Assembly (NCBI GenBank): GCA_036381715.1
Contig: DASVCH010000069.1
Location: 2,208-66,207 of the forward strand
From: Gammaproteobacteria bacterium
GTDB taxonomy: Bacteria > Pseudomonadota > Gammaproteobacteria > Natronospirales > JAJUFS01
Direction of reading: 5' to 3'
Length of the DNA: 64,000 nt
The number at the start of each line of letters is the position of its first letter. Position 1 is the first letter of the stretch. Under the pieces are notes generated by a model. The model was not told where the DNA came from, ran no database searches, and worked only from the letters and a program-made list of their open reading frames with translations. The translations under genes were made by a program, and so were the position numbers. Below are positions 1-8,374 of this stretch, piece after piece.

Positions 1-11
1 GTCGTTTTCCG

Positions 12-836
12 GTGACTGGCGCGGGCCTGGGCCTGCGGCGCGCGCTGCTGAACCCGCTCGCCGAACACCCCGCCGGCCTCGACTTCATGGAAGTCGCGCC
101 GGAAAACTGGATGCGGGTCGGCGGAAAGCTCGGACGGCAGTTCCGCGCTTTCACCGAGCGCTACCCTTTCACCTGTCATGGCCTTTCACTGTCGCTCGGC
201 GGCCCCGCGCCGCTGGACGAGGATTTCGTGCGCGAGGTCGGCACGTTTCTCGACACGCACCGCATCCGCTGCTACACGGAGCACCTCAGCTACTGTTCCG
301 ATGACGGGCATCTCTACGACCTGATGCCGATTCCGTTCACTGCGGAAGCCGTCGATTACGTTGCGGCGCGCATCCGCCGCGTGCAGGACATTCTTCAGCG
401 CCGCATCGCCATCGAAAACGTTTCCTATTACGCCGCACCCGGCGCCGAAATGACCGAAACCGAATTCGTCAACGCCGTGCTCGAGCGCGCCGATTGCGAC
501 CTGCTGCTGGACGTCAACAACATCTACGTCAACAGCATCAACCATCGGTACGATCCGCTCGAGTTCCTGCACGCGCTGCCCGCCGAACGCGTCGCGTATT
601 TCCACGTCGCGGGACATTACGAGGAAGCCGAGGACCTGCGCGTGGACACGCACGGCGCGGATGTCATCGACCCGGTCTGGGAACTGCTTGACGCGGCGTA
701 CGCGCATTGCGGCGTTGTGCCGACATTGCTGGAGCGCGACTTCAACATTCCGCCGCTGCCCGAGCTGCTCGCCGAGATCGAAACCATTCGCCGCTTTCAG
801 GCGAAGCATGCGGAACAGGAGGCGGCGCATGGCTGA
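12..836 (+). CDS. MNIO-family (DUF692/UPF0276) RiPP maturase, HvfB/BufB-like
   Basis: 274-aa ORF from GTG at 12. Motifs [32 protein letters not shown] and the ERD near the C-terminus are typical of DUF692 TIM-barrel proteins. It overlaps the following DUF2063 gene by 8 nt (ATGGCTGA). Confidence 0.8.
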   Translation: MTGAGLGLRRALLNPLAEHPAGLDFMEVAPENWMRVGGKLGRQFRAFTERYPFTCHGLSLSLGGPAPLDEDFVREVGTFLDTHRIRCYTEHLSYCSDDGHLYDLMPIPFTAEAVDYVAARIRRVQDILQRRIAIENVSYYAAPGAEMTETEFVNAVLERADCDLLLDVNNIYVNSINHRYDPLEFLHALPAERVAYFHVAGHYEEAEDLRVDTHGADVIDPVWELLDAAYAHCGVVPTLLERDFNIPPLPELLAEIETIRRFQAKHAEQEAAHG

Positions 837-1584
837 TTTTCGCAAGCAGCAATACGCTTTCGCCGCGCATCTTCGAAACCCCGGCGTCAACGGCATGCCG
901 GAGGGCGTCGAAGACCGGCGCATGAAGATCTACCGCGATCTTTTCTTCAACAACATCCAGTCGCTGCTGGCGGGAACGTTCCCGGTGCTCCACCGCGTTC
1001 TCGGCCAAAGGCGCTGGGCGGTCCTGGTGCGCGACTTCTATCATCGCCATGTTTCGCACACGCCGCTGTTCACGGAAGTGCCGCGGGAGTTTCTCGGCTG
1101 GCTGGCGGAGGAATTCGGGAACGACGGTTCCTGGCCGGACTTCATTCAGGAACTCGCGCATTACGAGTGGGCGGAACTCGACGTGTCCATCGATCCGCGC
1201 GAAATCGAATCCGGAAATTTCGACGCGGACGGAAATCTTATGGACGGCGTGCCGGTCCTTTCTCCCGTGGCGCGATCGCTGGCCTACCGCTACCCGGTGC
1301 ATCGCATCGGGCCGGATTTCCAGCCGGATGCGCCCGGCGAGACGCCGACGTTCCTGGTGGTTCATCGCAAGCGCAACGACGAGGTCGGTTTCACGGAGAT
1401 CAACGGCGTGACCGCCCGCCTGCTGGAATTGCTGCGACAGAACGACACCGCAAGCGGACGCGAACTGCTGGAGCGCGTCGCCCGGGAAATCGGCCACCCG
1501 CAACCGGAAGTCGTGGTGACGGGCGGCAGGGAAATTCTCGACAACCTGAAAGAACAGGACATCATCCTGGGCGCCCGCCGCTGA
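829..1584 (+). CDS. DUF2063-domain partner protein of MNIO enzymes (HvfC/BufC-like)
   Basis: ATG at 829 inside ORF 661..1584 ([18 protein letters not shown]...[10 protein letters not shown]...). Length and N-terminal pattern fit DUF2063. It is translationally coupled to the DUF692 gene. Confidence 0.75.
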   Translation: MADFRKQQYAFAAHLRNPGVNGMPEGVEDRRMKIYRDLFFNNIQSLLAGTFPVLHRVLGQRRWAVLVRDFYHRHVSHTPLFTEVPREFLGWLAEEFGNDGSWPDFIQELAHYEWAELDVSIDPREIESGNFDADGNLMDGVPVLSPVARSLAYRYPVHRIGPDFQPDAPGETPTFLVVHRKRNDEVGFTEINGVTARLLELLRQNDTASGRELLERVAREIGHPQPEVVVTGGREILDNLKEQDIILGARR

Positions 1585-1625
1585 GCCCGACCTCGCCGGC
1601 GACCGCCGGACAAGAGGTAACAACA

Positions 1626-2240
1626 ATGAAGACGCTTCTCGACTGGGGAAACCGCTTCCAGGACGGCCTGGACTTCACCCGCAAGCTCGATTTTCTCGGC
1701 CCGCTCGCGCTGCGGCTCTATCTTGTGCCCGTGTTCTGGGTCGCGGGCACGAACAAGACCGCCGGCTTTGAAGACGTCGTCGCCTGGTTCGGCAACCCGG
1801 ACTGGGGGCTAGGCCTGCCGTTTCCCGCCGTGATGGCGGCGCTCGCCATCGGTGCGGAAATCGGCGGCAGTATCGCGCTGCTGACCGGATTCATGACGCG
1901 CTGGTTCAGCCTTCCGCTGATGATCACCATGCTGGTTGCGGCACTCGGCGTGCACTGGGAAAACGGCTGGCAGGCGGTCGCGGATCCGCAAAGCCCCTTT
2001 CCTCCGGGAAACATCGACGGAACCCTCGAACGCCTCGACCGCGCGAAAGACATCCTGCGCGAACACGGCAACTACGACTGGCTGACCGGGAACGGAAACT
2101 TCGTCGTCTCCAACAACGGCATCGAATGGGCGGCAACCTACTTCGTGATGCTGCTGGCGCTCTTCTTCCTGGGCGGCGGACGGTACGTGAGCGCCGACTA
2201 CTGGATCGCGAAGCGGTTTCGCAACGGCAATCCGCGTTGA
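1626..2240 (+). CDS. DoxX-family membrane protein (HvfX-like third member of the cluster)
   Basis: ATG at 1626 inside ORF 1167..2240 (MKTLLDWGNRF...LRLYLVPVFWVAGTNK...). Several hydrophobic helices. It lies 41 nt downstream of the DUF2063 gene on the same strand. Confidence 0.75.
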   Translation: MKTLLDWGNRFQDGLDFTRKLDFLGPLALRLYLVPVFWVAGTNKTAGFEDVVAWFGNPDWGLGLPFPAVMAALAIGAEIGGSIALLTGFMTRWFSLPLMITMLVAALGVHWENGWQAVADPQSPFPPGNIDGTLERLDRAKDILREHGNYDWLTGNGNFVVSNNGIEWAATYFVMLLALFFLGGGRYVSADYWIAKRFRNGNPR

Positions 2241-2259
2241 GGCGAAGGGCTGCGCGGCT

Positions 2260-3348
2260 TCAGTCCGCTTCGGGATCGGGAACGTCCTCGGGTCGCGCGG
2301 ATGTCTTCCGGATCTTTTCGCTCGCCTCGGCGTGATCGTCAGCGCTCGCCTCCGGTGCGTCCTGCATGGCGTCCGCCGACGGCTCGTACTGCAGCCGGTA
2401 CCAGATGGGCAGGTGGTCGGACCCGAAACGCGGCAGGACGTCGATATCCACCAGGGTGAAGTCGTCGCTGTGAAAGACATGATCCAGCGGCCAGCGCAGC
2501 AGGGGCATGTGCGCGTGAAAGGTGTTGAACATGCCGCGGCCGACGCGCGGGTCCAGCAGGCGGGAAATCTTGCGGAACAGCCGCGTGGTCGGCGACCACG
2601 CCACGTCGTTGAAATCGCCCGTCACGATGACGCGGCAGCGATCTTCCGAAACCGCGCGGCCGATGACGAGCACCTCGGCGTCGCGCTCGCGGCTCGTGGG
2701 GTTTTCCGTCGGGCTCGGCGGCGTCGGATGGAGCGCGTGGAAGCGGACACAATCCCCCGATGGCAGCCTCACGCCGGCGTGCATCGACGGCACGTCTTCG
2801 TCGACGAGGAATTCCAGCGAAGGGTTCTCGAGCGCGAGCCGGGAATAGAGCTGCATGCCGTAGCGGTTGTCGAGCGGGCAGTCCAGGCCGTGCGGGTGTG
2901 TTTCGCGCAAGTACTGCATGCGTCCTTGCCACCAGCGATCCGTTTCCAGCAACAGGACAAGATCCGGATCGCGTTCGGCAATGAGATCGCGCAGGCGTTC
3001 GTCATCGCGGTTGGACATCAGCACGTTGGCCACGAGAACCGAAATGCGTCGCCCATCATCGCCTGGCTCGCTCGCGTTCATGACTTCGCACGGAAAGAAC
3101 GGCGTGTACGGTGCGATCCACACCAGCTGGTAAACCAGGCAGGTAAACAGGACGAGGTGCAGCGGCCAGTAACCGGCCGGCAACACGACGGCCTGGGCAA
3201 GCAGCAGAATCGCCATTGCGGAGGCGATCTGCAGGCGCGGGAATTCGCCGGCGCGCGACCACCAGCTCTGCGCGGGCAGGAGCGGCAGCAGGGTGACAAT
3301 CGCCGCCAGCAGATCGATGACAATGAAAATGCCGGCGGCGACGTTCAC
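2260..3348 (-). CDS. Endonuclease/exonuclease/phosphatase (EEP) family protein with N-terminal membrane helices
   Basis: 362 aa. Hydrophobic N-terminus, then an EEP pattern (ISVLVANVLMSN...PDLVLLLETD...TPPSPTEN...VTGDFNDVAWS...GSDHLPI). Confidence 0.75.
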   Translation of the reverse strand: MNVAAGIFIVIDLLAAIVTLLPLLPAQSWWSRAGEFPRLQIASAMAILLLAQAVVLPAGYWPLHLVLFTCLVYQLVWIAPYTPFFPCEVMNASEPGDDGRRISVLVANVLMSNRDDERLRDLIAERDPDLVLLLETDRWWQGRMQYLRETHPHGLDCPLDNRYGMQLYSRLALENPSLEFLVDEDVPSMHAGVRLPSGDCVRFHALHPTPPSPTENPTSRERDAEVLVIGRAVSEDRCRVIVTGDFNDVAWSPTTRLFRKISRLLDPRVGRGMFNTFHAHMPLLRWPLDHVFHSDDFTLVDIDVLPRFGSDHLPIWYRLQYEPSADAMQDAPEASADDHAEASEKIRKTSARPEDVPDPEAD

Positions 3349-3369
3349 GCGCCGGCACCGGATTCGCGG

Positions 3370-3822
3370 TCAGCCTTTCGCCTTGCTGCTGGCAATGACT
3401 TCGAAGTCGTCGGTACGCGGCAGCTTCTCGAACGCAAGCCGCAACTCGTCCGGCGGCGCCGTGATCCGGCGCGCCTTGAGATCCAGCCAGGCGCCGTCCA
3501 TGTCGAGCACCGCGCACAACTCGTCGCCGCGGCGAATATTGTGAGCAATCCGCCACTTGCGGCCATCTTCCGACAATCCCGCAACCAGGAAGTCAATCGC
3601 GATCTCCTCCGACATGTGCAGTTCACGCAGGAATTTCGCCTGCTCGCGAAACAGCACCGGGCCGACCAGGTTCTTCGCCATCCACTTGAGCCCCAGGCCG
3701 CTCTGCTCGAGCAGCGCGACGCGCGCCTGCGCGCCATAGTCGTAATAGACGGAGTGGCGCACGTGGCCGTTCGGGTCGAGGTCGGCCCAGCGTACGGTGA
3801 TCTTCTGCGTAAAGGGTTCCAT
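3370..3822 (-). CDS. Hotdog-fold acyl-CoA thioesterase (4HBT/YbgC-like)
   Basis: 150 aa. The opening ITVRWADLDPNGHVRHSVYYDY is typical of 4HBT thioesterases. Confidence 0.7.
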   Translation of the reverse strand: MEPFTQKITVRWADLDPNGHVRHSVYYDYGAQARVALLEQSGLGLKWMAKNLVGPVLFREQAKFLRELHMSEEIAIDFLVAGLSEDGRKWRIAHNIRRGDELCAVLDMDGAWLDLKARRITAPPDELRLAFEKLPRTDDFEVIASSKAKG

Positions 3823-3862
3823 TCAAGACTTCTCCTGTCGATCAGCGAATATCAGTAAACGT

Positions 3863-4933
3863 TCACGGCCGCGGCGCCCACGCAAACCCGACGTGGAAAC
3901 CGAGATCCGCCGTGTTGTTGAAGTTGACCAGGTTTTCGGTCAGGGCGTAGCTCCAGACAAGATCGCCGTGACGCTGCCGCAGGCCGATCGATGCCTGGAA
4001 GACATTGGCGGTCAGTTCCGGATCGGCGCCGTCCTCGAACACGCTGCGCGCGCCGTTCAATTGCAGGACGAGGTTGAGATTTTCCGCCAGCCGGTTCTCC
4101 CAGGCAATGTTCACGGACGGTGCAAGACGGCGCGTGTGCTCGGGAAAGGGTTCGGCGCGGCCCGAATGAACCAGCGCAAGGCTCAGGTAAAGGCTGTTCC
4201 TTTCTCCATGCGCATGCCAGGACGCCTGAACGCCCGTGTCGGAGCTGCCTGTCGACCTGAAGCTGTTCGTGCCGTGAACCGATACCTTGTGCGCGAGCTC
4301 GAATGTCAGCGCGGAATGTTCCGGCAAGGGATGATAGTAGCGCACGCCGACGACCGGATCGCCGAACCCGCCTTGCACCGGCCGCTCCAGCAGGTAGAAC
4401 GTGTCGCCATCGAGAATCGCGACCGCCTGGAAATCGTTGCGGCTGATGAACTCGCGGCCGAAGGTGTCGAAACCGAACGACTCGTGAAAACTCTCGATCG
4501 TGCTGTCCAGGAAACCGCCACCGTAATAATGCACGGGCACCGAGAGGTACGCAGACCAGCGATCCGAGAAACCGTAGTGGCCGGTGAACTGGAAATAGCC
4601 GAGCGCGCCGTCGAACAGGAAGGCGTCCTCGGAAAGCTCGCGCAGGTTTCGTACGTCGTCGACGCTCAACTCGCCGCGCCGGCCGCGGGCCTGCAGGTAG
4701 TCCAGGACGTCTTCGTCCGCTGCGAAGGTGTTCGATTGCGACAGGTGCATTTCGACGGCGTATCGGCCGGGCGCGGGCGCAACGGCATGGTCCGGCAGCA
4801 TGTTCAGGCGCAACATCTGGAACGGGCCCATGTCGCGAATGCGAAGCGGCCCGTAGAATTCCTCGGCAAGGGCCTGCAGGCTGGCGAACGCCAGGGACAA
4901 CGCAATGATGACGATGCGAAACCCGTCCCCCAT
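3863..4933 (-). CDS. Exported hypothetical protein, possibly an outer-membrane beta-barrel (DUF3187-like, tentative)
   Basis: 356 aa with a signal peptide (IVIIALSLAFASLQALAEE). Alternating hydrophobic pattern and an aromatic-rich C-terminus. The family assignment is from memory only. Confidence 0.55.
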   Translation of the reverse strand: MGDGFRIVIIALSLAFASLQALAEEFYGPLRIRDMGPFQMLRLNMLPDHAVAPAPGRYAVEMHLSQSNTFAADEDVLDYLQARGRRGELSVDDVRNLRELSEDAFLFDGALGYFQFTGHYGFSDRWSAYLSVPVHYYGGGFLDSTIESFHESFGFDTFGREFISRNDFQAVAILDGDTFYLLERPVQGGFGDPVVGVRYYHPLPEHSALTFELAHKVSVHGTNSFRSTGSSDTGVQASWHAHGERNSLYLSLALVHSGRAEPFPEHTRRLAPSVNIAWENRLAENLNLVLQLNGARSVFEDGADPELTANVFQASIGLRQRHGDLVWSYALTENLVNFNNTADLGFHVGFAWAPRP

Positions 4934-4954
4934 GGCCAGGCCTCCGTCGGTCCG

Positions 4955-4978
4955 GCGGAATGGCAGGCGCCATTCCGC
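4955..4978 (-). terminator. 10-bp GC-rich hairpin just after the lpd stop (no U-tract)
   Basis: GCGGAATGGC-AGGC-GCCATTCCGC, 7 nt downstream of the lpd stop on the minus strand. Confidence 0.45.
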
Positions 4979-4984
4979 TCGAAC

Positions 4985-6811
4985 TCAGTGTTTTCGTTTC
5001 TTCGGCAGATACAGATCCGTCAGCGTGCCTTCGAACGCTTCCGCGGCGAAACACACCGTTTCCGACAATGTCGGGTGCGGGTGAATCGTGAGGCCGATAT
5101 CGGCCGCGTCGCAGCCCATCTCGACCGCCAGCGCGACTTCCGCGATCAGCTCGCCCGCGTTCGGTCCGACCATCGCGCCGCCAAGCACGCGTTCGGTCTT
5201 CGGATCGAACAGCAGCTTGGTGAAACCTTCATCGCGGCCCAGCGACAGCGAGCGGCCGGATGCCGCCCACGGGAACTTGCCGACTTCGTACGCGACCCCG
5301 TCCTTCTTCGCCTGCTCTTCCGTCAGGCCGACCCACGCGACTTCCGGATCCGTGTAGGCGACGGAAGGAATCACGCGCGCATCGAAGAAACGCTTCTCGC
5401 CGGCGCACACTTCCGCCGCGACCTTGCCCTCGTGCGTCGCCTTGTGCGCGAGCATGGGCTGGCCGACGATGTCGCCGATCGCGAAGATGTGTTCGACATT
5501 CGTGCGCATCTGCTTGTCGACCTTGATGAAGCCGCGTTCGTCCGCGTCGATGCCCGCCTTGTCCGCGTCGATCCGCTTTCCGTTGGGTACGCGGCCAACT
5601 GCAACGAGCACGCGGTCGAACAACTGGTCGGAACCGGGCGCATTCTTCCCGTCGAACGACACCTTGATGCCGTTCTTCTGCGCCTTCATTTCCGTCACCT
5701 TCGTGCCGGTCATGATGTTCGCGTAGCGCGCCTTGATGCGTTTCTCCAGCGGTCGCACCAGGTCCTTGTCCGCGCCGGGCATCAATTGATCCGCGAGCTC
5801 GACGACGGTGACTTCCGAACCGAGCGCATCATAAACGCAAGCCATTTCGAGACCGATGATGCCGCCGCCGATCACGAGCAGTCTTTCCGGGACATCCTTC
5901 AGCTCCAGCGCGCCGGTGGAATCCATGACGCGCTCGTCGTCCGGCGCAAACGGCAGTTTCACCGGTTCGGAACCGGCCGCGATGATGCACTTCTCGAACC
6001 GGATGACCTGCCGGCTTCCTTCATTGTCGACTTCGAGGTGATGTGCACCGGCGAACTTTCCCGAACCGGTGACGACGTTCACCTTGCGCTGCTTCGCCAT
6101 GGTGGCAAGACCGCCGGTGAGCTTCTTCACCACGTCGCCTTTCCAGCCGACGAGCTTCTTCGCATCGATTCTCGGTTTGCCGAACTCGACGCCGAATTCC
6201 GACATGTGCGCGGCCTCGTCGATCACCTTGGCCGCGTGCAGCAAGGCCTTCGACGGAATGCAGCCGACATTCAGGCACACGCCGCCCAGCGAATCCCAGC
6301 GCTCGACCAGCGTCACTTTCAGGCCGAGATCCGCGGCGCGAAACGCCGCCGTGTAACCGCCCGGGCCGGCGCCCAGCACCAGTACCTCGGTTTCGAGATC
6401 GACCTTGCCCTGGTAATCATCGGCTTTCGGAGCAGAAACTTCCTTCTCCCCCTCACTCCGGCCCTCTCCCCGGGGGGGAGAGGGAGATTCTTCGCCAGCC
6501 CTTGCGGCGGTACTTGGCGCTTCGGCTTGCGGCTCTTCCTTCGACTTTCGACTTTCGACTTTCGACGCTTCCGTGGCTTCGACAATCGCGATCACGCTGC
6601 CTTCCGAAACCTTGTCGCCGACCTTGACCTTCATTTCCTTGATCGTGCCGGCCTGCGGCGCAGGAACGTCCATTGCCGCCTTGTCGGTTTCGAGCGTGAT
6701 CAGCGGCGTTTCCTTCTCGACCGCGTCACCCGCCTTCACGAGCACGTCGATGATTTCGACGTTCTCGAAGTCGCCGATGTCGGGAACCTTTATTTCGATT
6801 TCACTTGGCAT
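4985..6811 (-). CDS. lpdA: Dihydrolipoyl dehydrogenase (E3) with N-terminal lipoyl domain
   Basis: 608 aa. Lipoyl domain (LETDKAAMDVPAP), charged linker, then GAGPGGY and the redox disulfide GGVCLNVGCIPSKALL. Last gene of the aceE-aceF-lpd string. Confidence 0.95.
   Translation of the reverse strand: MPSEIEIKVPDIGDFENVEIIDVLVKAGDAVEKETPLITLETDKAAMDVPAPQAGTIKEMKVKVGDKVSEGSVIAIVEATEASKVESRKSKEEPQAEAPSTAARAGEESPSPPRGEGRSEGEKEVSAPKADDYQGKVDLETEVLVLGAGPGGYTAAFRAADLGLKVTLVERWDSLGGVCLNVGCIPSKALLHAAKVIDEAAHMSEFGVEFGKPRIDAKKLVGWKGDVVKKLTGGLATMAKQRKVNVVTGSGKFAGAHHLEVDNEGSRQVIRFEKCIIAAGSEPVKLPFAPDDERVMDSTGALELKDVPERLLVIGGGIIGLEMACVYDALGSEVTVVELADQLMPGADKDLVRPLEKRIKARYANIMTGTKVTEMKAQKNGIKVSFDGKNAPGSDQLFDRVLVAVGRVPNGKRIDADKAGIDADERGFIKVDKQMRTNVEHIFAIGDIVGQPMLAHKATHEGKVAAEVCAGEKRFFDARVIPSVAYTDPEVAWVGLTEEQAKKDGVAYEVGKFPWAASGRSLSLGRDEGFTKLLFDPKTERVLGGAMVGPNAGELIAEVALAVEMGCDAADIGLTIHPHPTLSETVCFAAEAFEGTLTDLYLPKKRKH
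6445..6486. repeat. GC palindrome element (CCCTCTCCCC-GGG-GGGGAGAGGG) inside the lpd linker coding region
   Basis: Perfect 10-bp arms at 6462..6484. Translated in frame as SPPRGEGRSEGE. Confidence 0.8.
6539..6566. repeat. Four heptamer units (CTTCGAC, TTTCGAC x3) inside the lpd linker
   Basis: Counted by hand. Translated on the minus strand as SKVESRKSK. Confidence 0.8.
6570..6811. repeat. Lipoyl-domain coding repeat, copy in lpd
   Basis: Direct repeat of 8010..8251 at an offset of 1440 nt. Positions 6731..6793 versus 8171..8233 show 63 nt with a single mismatch. Confidence 0.85.
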
Positions 6812-6854
6812 TCACGGAACTCCGAAGATTCATTCTTCGTCGAATAAAATGATG

Positions 6855-6911
6855 GTGAGAGGTAAGAAGTAAGAGGATGAAAGCCGCGTATTCCATCCTC
6901 TCACTTCTCAC
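6855..6911. repeat. Heptamer-based imperfect inverted repeat in the aceF-lpd spacer
   Basis: GTGAGAG GTAAGAA GTAAGAG GATG, then a 14-nt loop, then CATCCTCTCACTTCTCAC. It overlaps the aceF stop. Confidence 0.75.
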
Positions 6912-8251
6912 AACACGAGGTTACGCCGTTCTGCAAGCACTTCGGCCAGGAACGTCGTGAAGCGCGCCGCAGCGGCGCCGTCAATGATGCGGTGATCGTA
7001 GGACAGCGACAGCGGCAGCATGAGGCGCGGCATGAACTTCTTGCCGTTCCACACCGGTTTCATCTGCGCCTTCGAGACGCCAAGGATCGCGACTTCGGGC
7101 GCGTTCACGATCGGCGTGAAATACGTGCCGCCGATGGAGCCGAGCGAGGAAATCGAAAAGCACCCGCCCTGCATGTCGGCCGCTTTCAGCTTGCCGTTGC
7201 GCGCCTTCTCGGACAGATCGCCCAGCTCCTTGCCGATCTCGAAGATGTCCTTTTTGTCGGCGTCGCGCACCACCGGCACGACCAGGCCGCCCGGCGTATC
7301 GACGGCGAAGCCGATGTGAAAATATTTCTTGAATACCTGCTGCTCGCCATCCGGCGACAGCGAGCTGTTGAAGTTCGGGAACTCCTGCAGCGCCTGCACG
7401 CAGGCCTTGATGACGAAGGTCAGCGGCGTGAGCTTCGCGCCGACTTTCTCGGCGTCGGACTTCAGCGCCTTGCGCATGGATTCGAGTTCGGTGATGTCGG
7501 CCTCGTCGTGCTGGGTGACGTGCGGCACGTTCACCCACGCGGCGTGCAGGCGCGGGCCGGAAATCTTCTTGATGCGCGGCAGCGGTTTCGTTTCGATTTC
7601 GCCGAACTTGCCGAAATCGACTTCGTGGACCTGCGGCAGGCCGGCGCCTCCTGGCGCGCCTCCCGAACGCATGACGGATTTCACGAAACCCTTCACGTCC
7701 TCGTGCGTGATGCGCCCCTTGATGCCGGAACCGTTCACCTTGCCGAGATCGACGCCGAGCTCGCGCGCGAACTTGCGCACCGAGGGCGAGGCGTGCGCCT
7801 TCGAGAAGGATTCCTCGTTCACTGCAGGCAGGTCGGCAGAAGGACGAACGGCTTCCTGCGTGCCTTCCCCCTCACCCCGGCCCTCTCCCCGGAGGGGAGA
7901 GGGAGGCGCTTCGTTGACCTCTGCAACAGGTTTCGGCGCTTCGACTTGCGGTTCTTCTTCCTTCTCCCTTATCCCTTCTTCCTGTTCCTTGTCCTTCGAC
8001 TTCGACTCGTCCCCGGCTTCCAGCACCGCGATCACCGTCCCTTCGGACACCTTGTCGCCGTTACCGACCTTCATCTCCACGATCTTCCCGGCCGCCGGCG
8101 ACGGCACGTCCATCGCGGCCTTGTCGGTTTCCAGCGTGATGAGCGGCGTTTCCTTTTCGACAGTGTCGCCCGCCTTCACGAGCACGTCGATGATCTCGAC
8201 GTTCTCGAAGTCGCCGATGTCGGGAACCTTTATCTCAAACTTGTCAGCCAT
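6908..8251 (-). CDS. aceF: Dihydrolipoamide acetyltransferase (pyruvate dehydrogenase E2)
   Basis: ORF 6908..8269 trimmed to the ATG at 8251 (MADKFEIKVPDIG, GGAG RBS). One lipoyl domain, an E3-binding domain (ASPSVRKFARELGVDL) and a catalytic SYDHRIIDGA motif. Confidence 0.95.
   Translation of the reverse strand: MADKFEIKVPDIGDFENVEIIDVLVKAGDTVEKETPLITLETDKAAMDVPSPAAGKIVEMKVGNGDKVSEGTVIAVLEAGDESKSKDKEQEEGIREKEEEPQVEAPKPVAEVNEAPPSPLRGEGRGEGEGTQEAVRPSADLPAVNEESFSKAHASPSVRKFARELGVDLGKVNGSGIKGRITHEDVKGFVKSVMRSGGAPGGAGLPQVHEVDFGKFGEIETKPLPRIKKISGPRLHAAWVNVPHVTQHDEADITELESMRKALKSDAEKVGAKLTPLTFVIKACVQALQEFPNFNSSLSPDGEQQVFKKYFHIGFAVDTPGGLVVPVVRDADKKDIFEIGKELGDLSEKARNGKLKAADMQGGCFSISSLGSIGGTYFTPIVNAPEVAILGVSKAQMKPVWNGKKFMPRLMLPLSLSYDHRIIDGAAAARFTTFLAEVLAERRNLVL
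7865..7905. repeat. Second copy of the GC palindrome element (CCCTCTCCCC-GGA-GGGGAGAGGG) inside the aceF linker coding region
   Basis: Perfect 10-bp arms at 7881..7903. Translated in frame as SPLRGEGRGEGEG. Confidence 0.8.
7954..8007. repeat. Degenerate pyrimidine heptamer run (CTTCTTC CTTCTCC CTTATCC CTTCTTC CTGTTCC ...TTCGAC TTCGAC) inside the aceF linker
   Basis: Read directly. Translated on the minus strand as ESKSKDKEQEEGIREKEEE. Confidence 0.7.
8010..8251. repeat. Lipoyl-domain coding repeat, copy in aceF
   Basis: See the copy at 6570..6811. The protein N-termini are nearly identical (E/IKVPDIGDFENVEIIDVLVKAGD.VEKETPLITLETDKAAMDVP). Confidence 0.85.
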
Positions 8252-8296
8252 TCGTGGGCTCCGAAGCATTTCGTTTTGCCGAGTATTTTTTGCTTC

Positions 8297-8369
8297 GTGA
8301 GAGGTGAGAAGTAAGAGGTGAGAGGACTAAAGCGGCCTGCCCTCTCACTGCTCACCTCTTACCTCTCAC
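8297..8369. repeat. Heptamer-based inverted repeat in the aceE-aceF spacer
   Basis: GTGAGAG GTGAGAA GTAAGAG GTGAGAG, then a 16-nt loop, then CCTCTCA CTGCTCA CCTCTTA CCTCTCA. Confidence 0.8.
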
Positions 8370-8374
8370 TTTTC

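Noticed and set aside
3797-6847. 1016-aa plus-strand ORF, the longest in the track
   Set aside because: It runs antisense to the clearly recognisable lpd and the exported-protein gene. Its composition is Arg/Ala-rich and low-complexity with no recognisable motif, a typical shadow ORF of a GC-rich genome. The same reasoning rejects 8318..11077, 19928..21808, 22711..25059, 33123..35546, 36573..38222, 42800..44965, 57898..59745 and 61188..62960.
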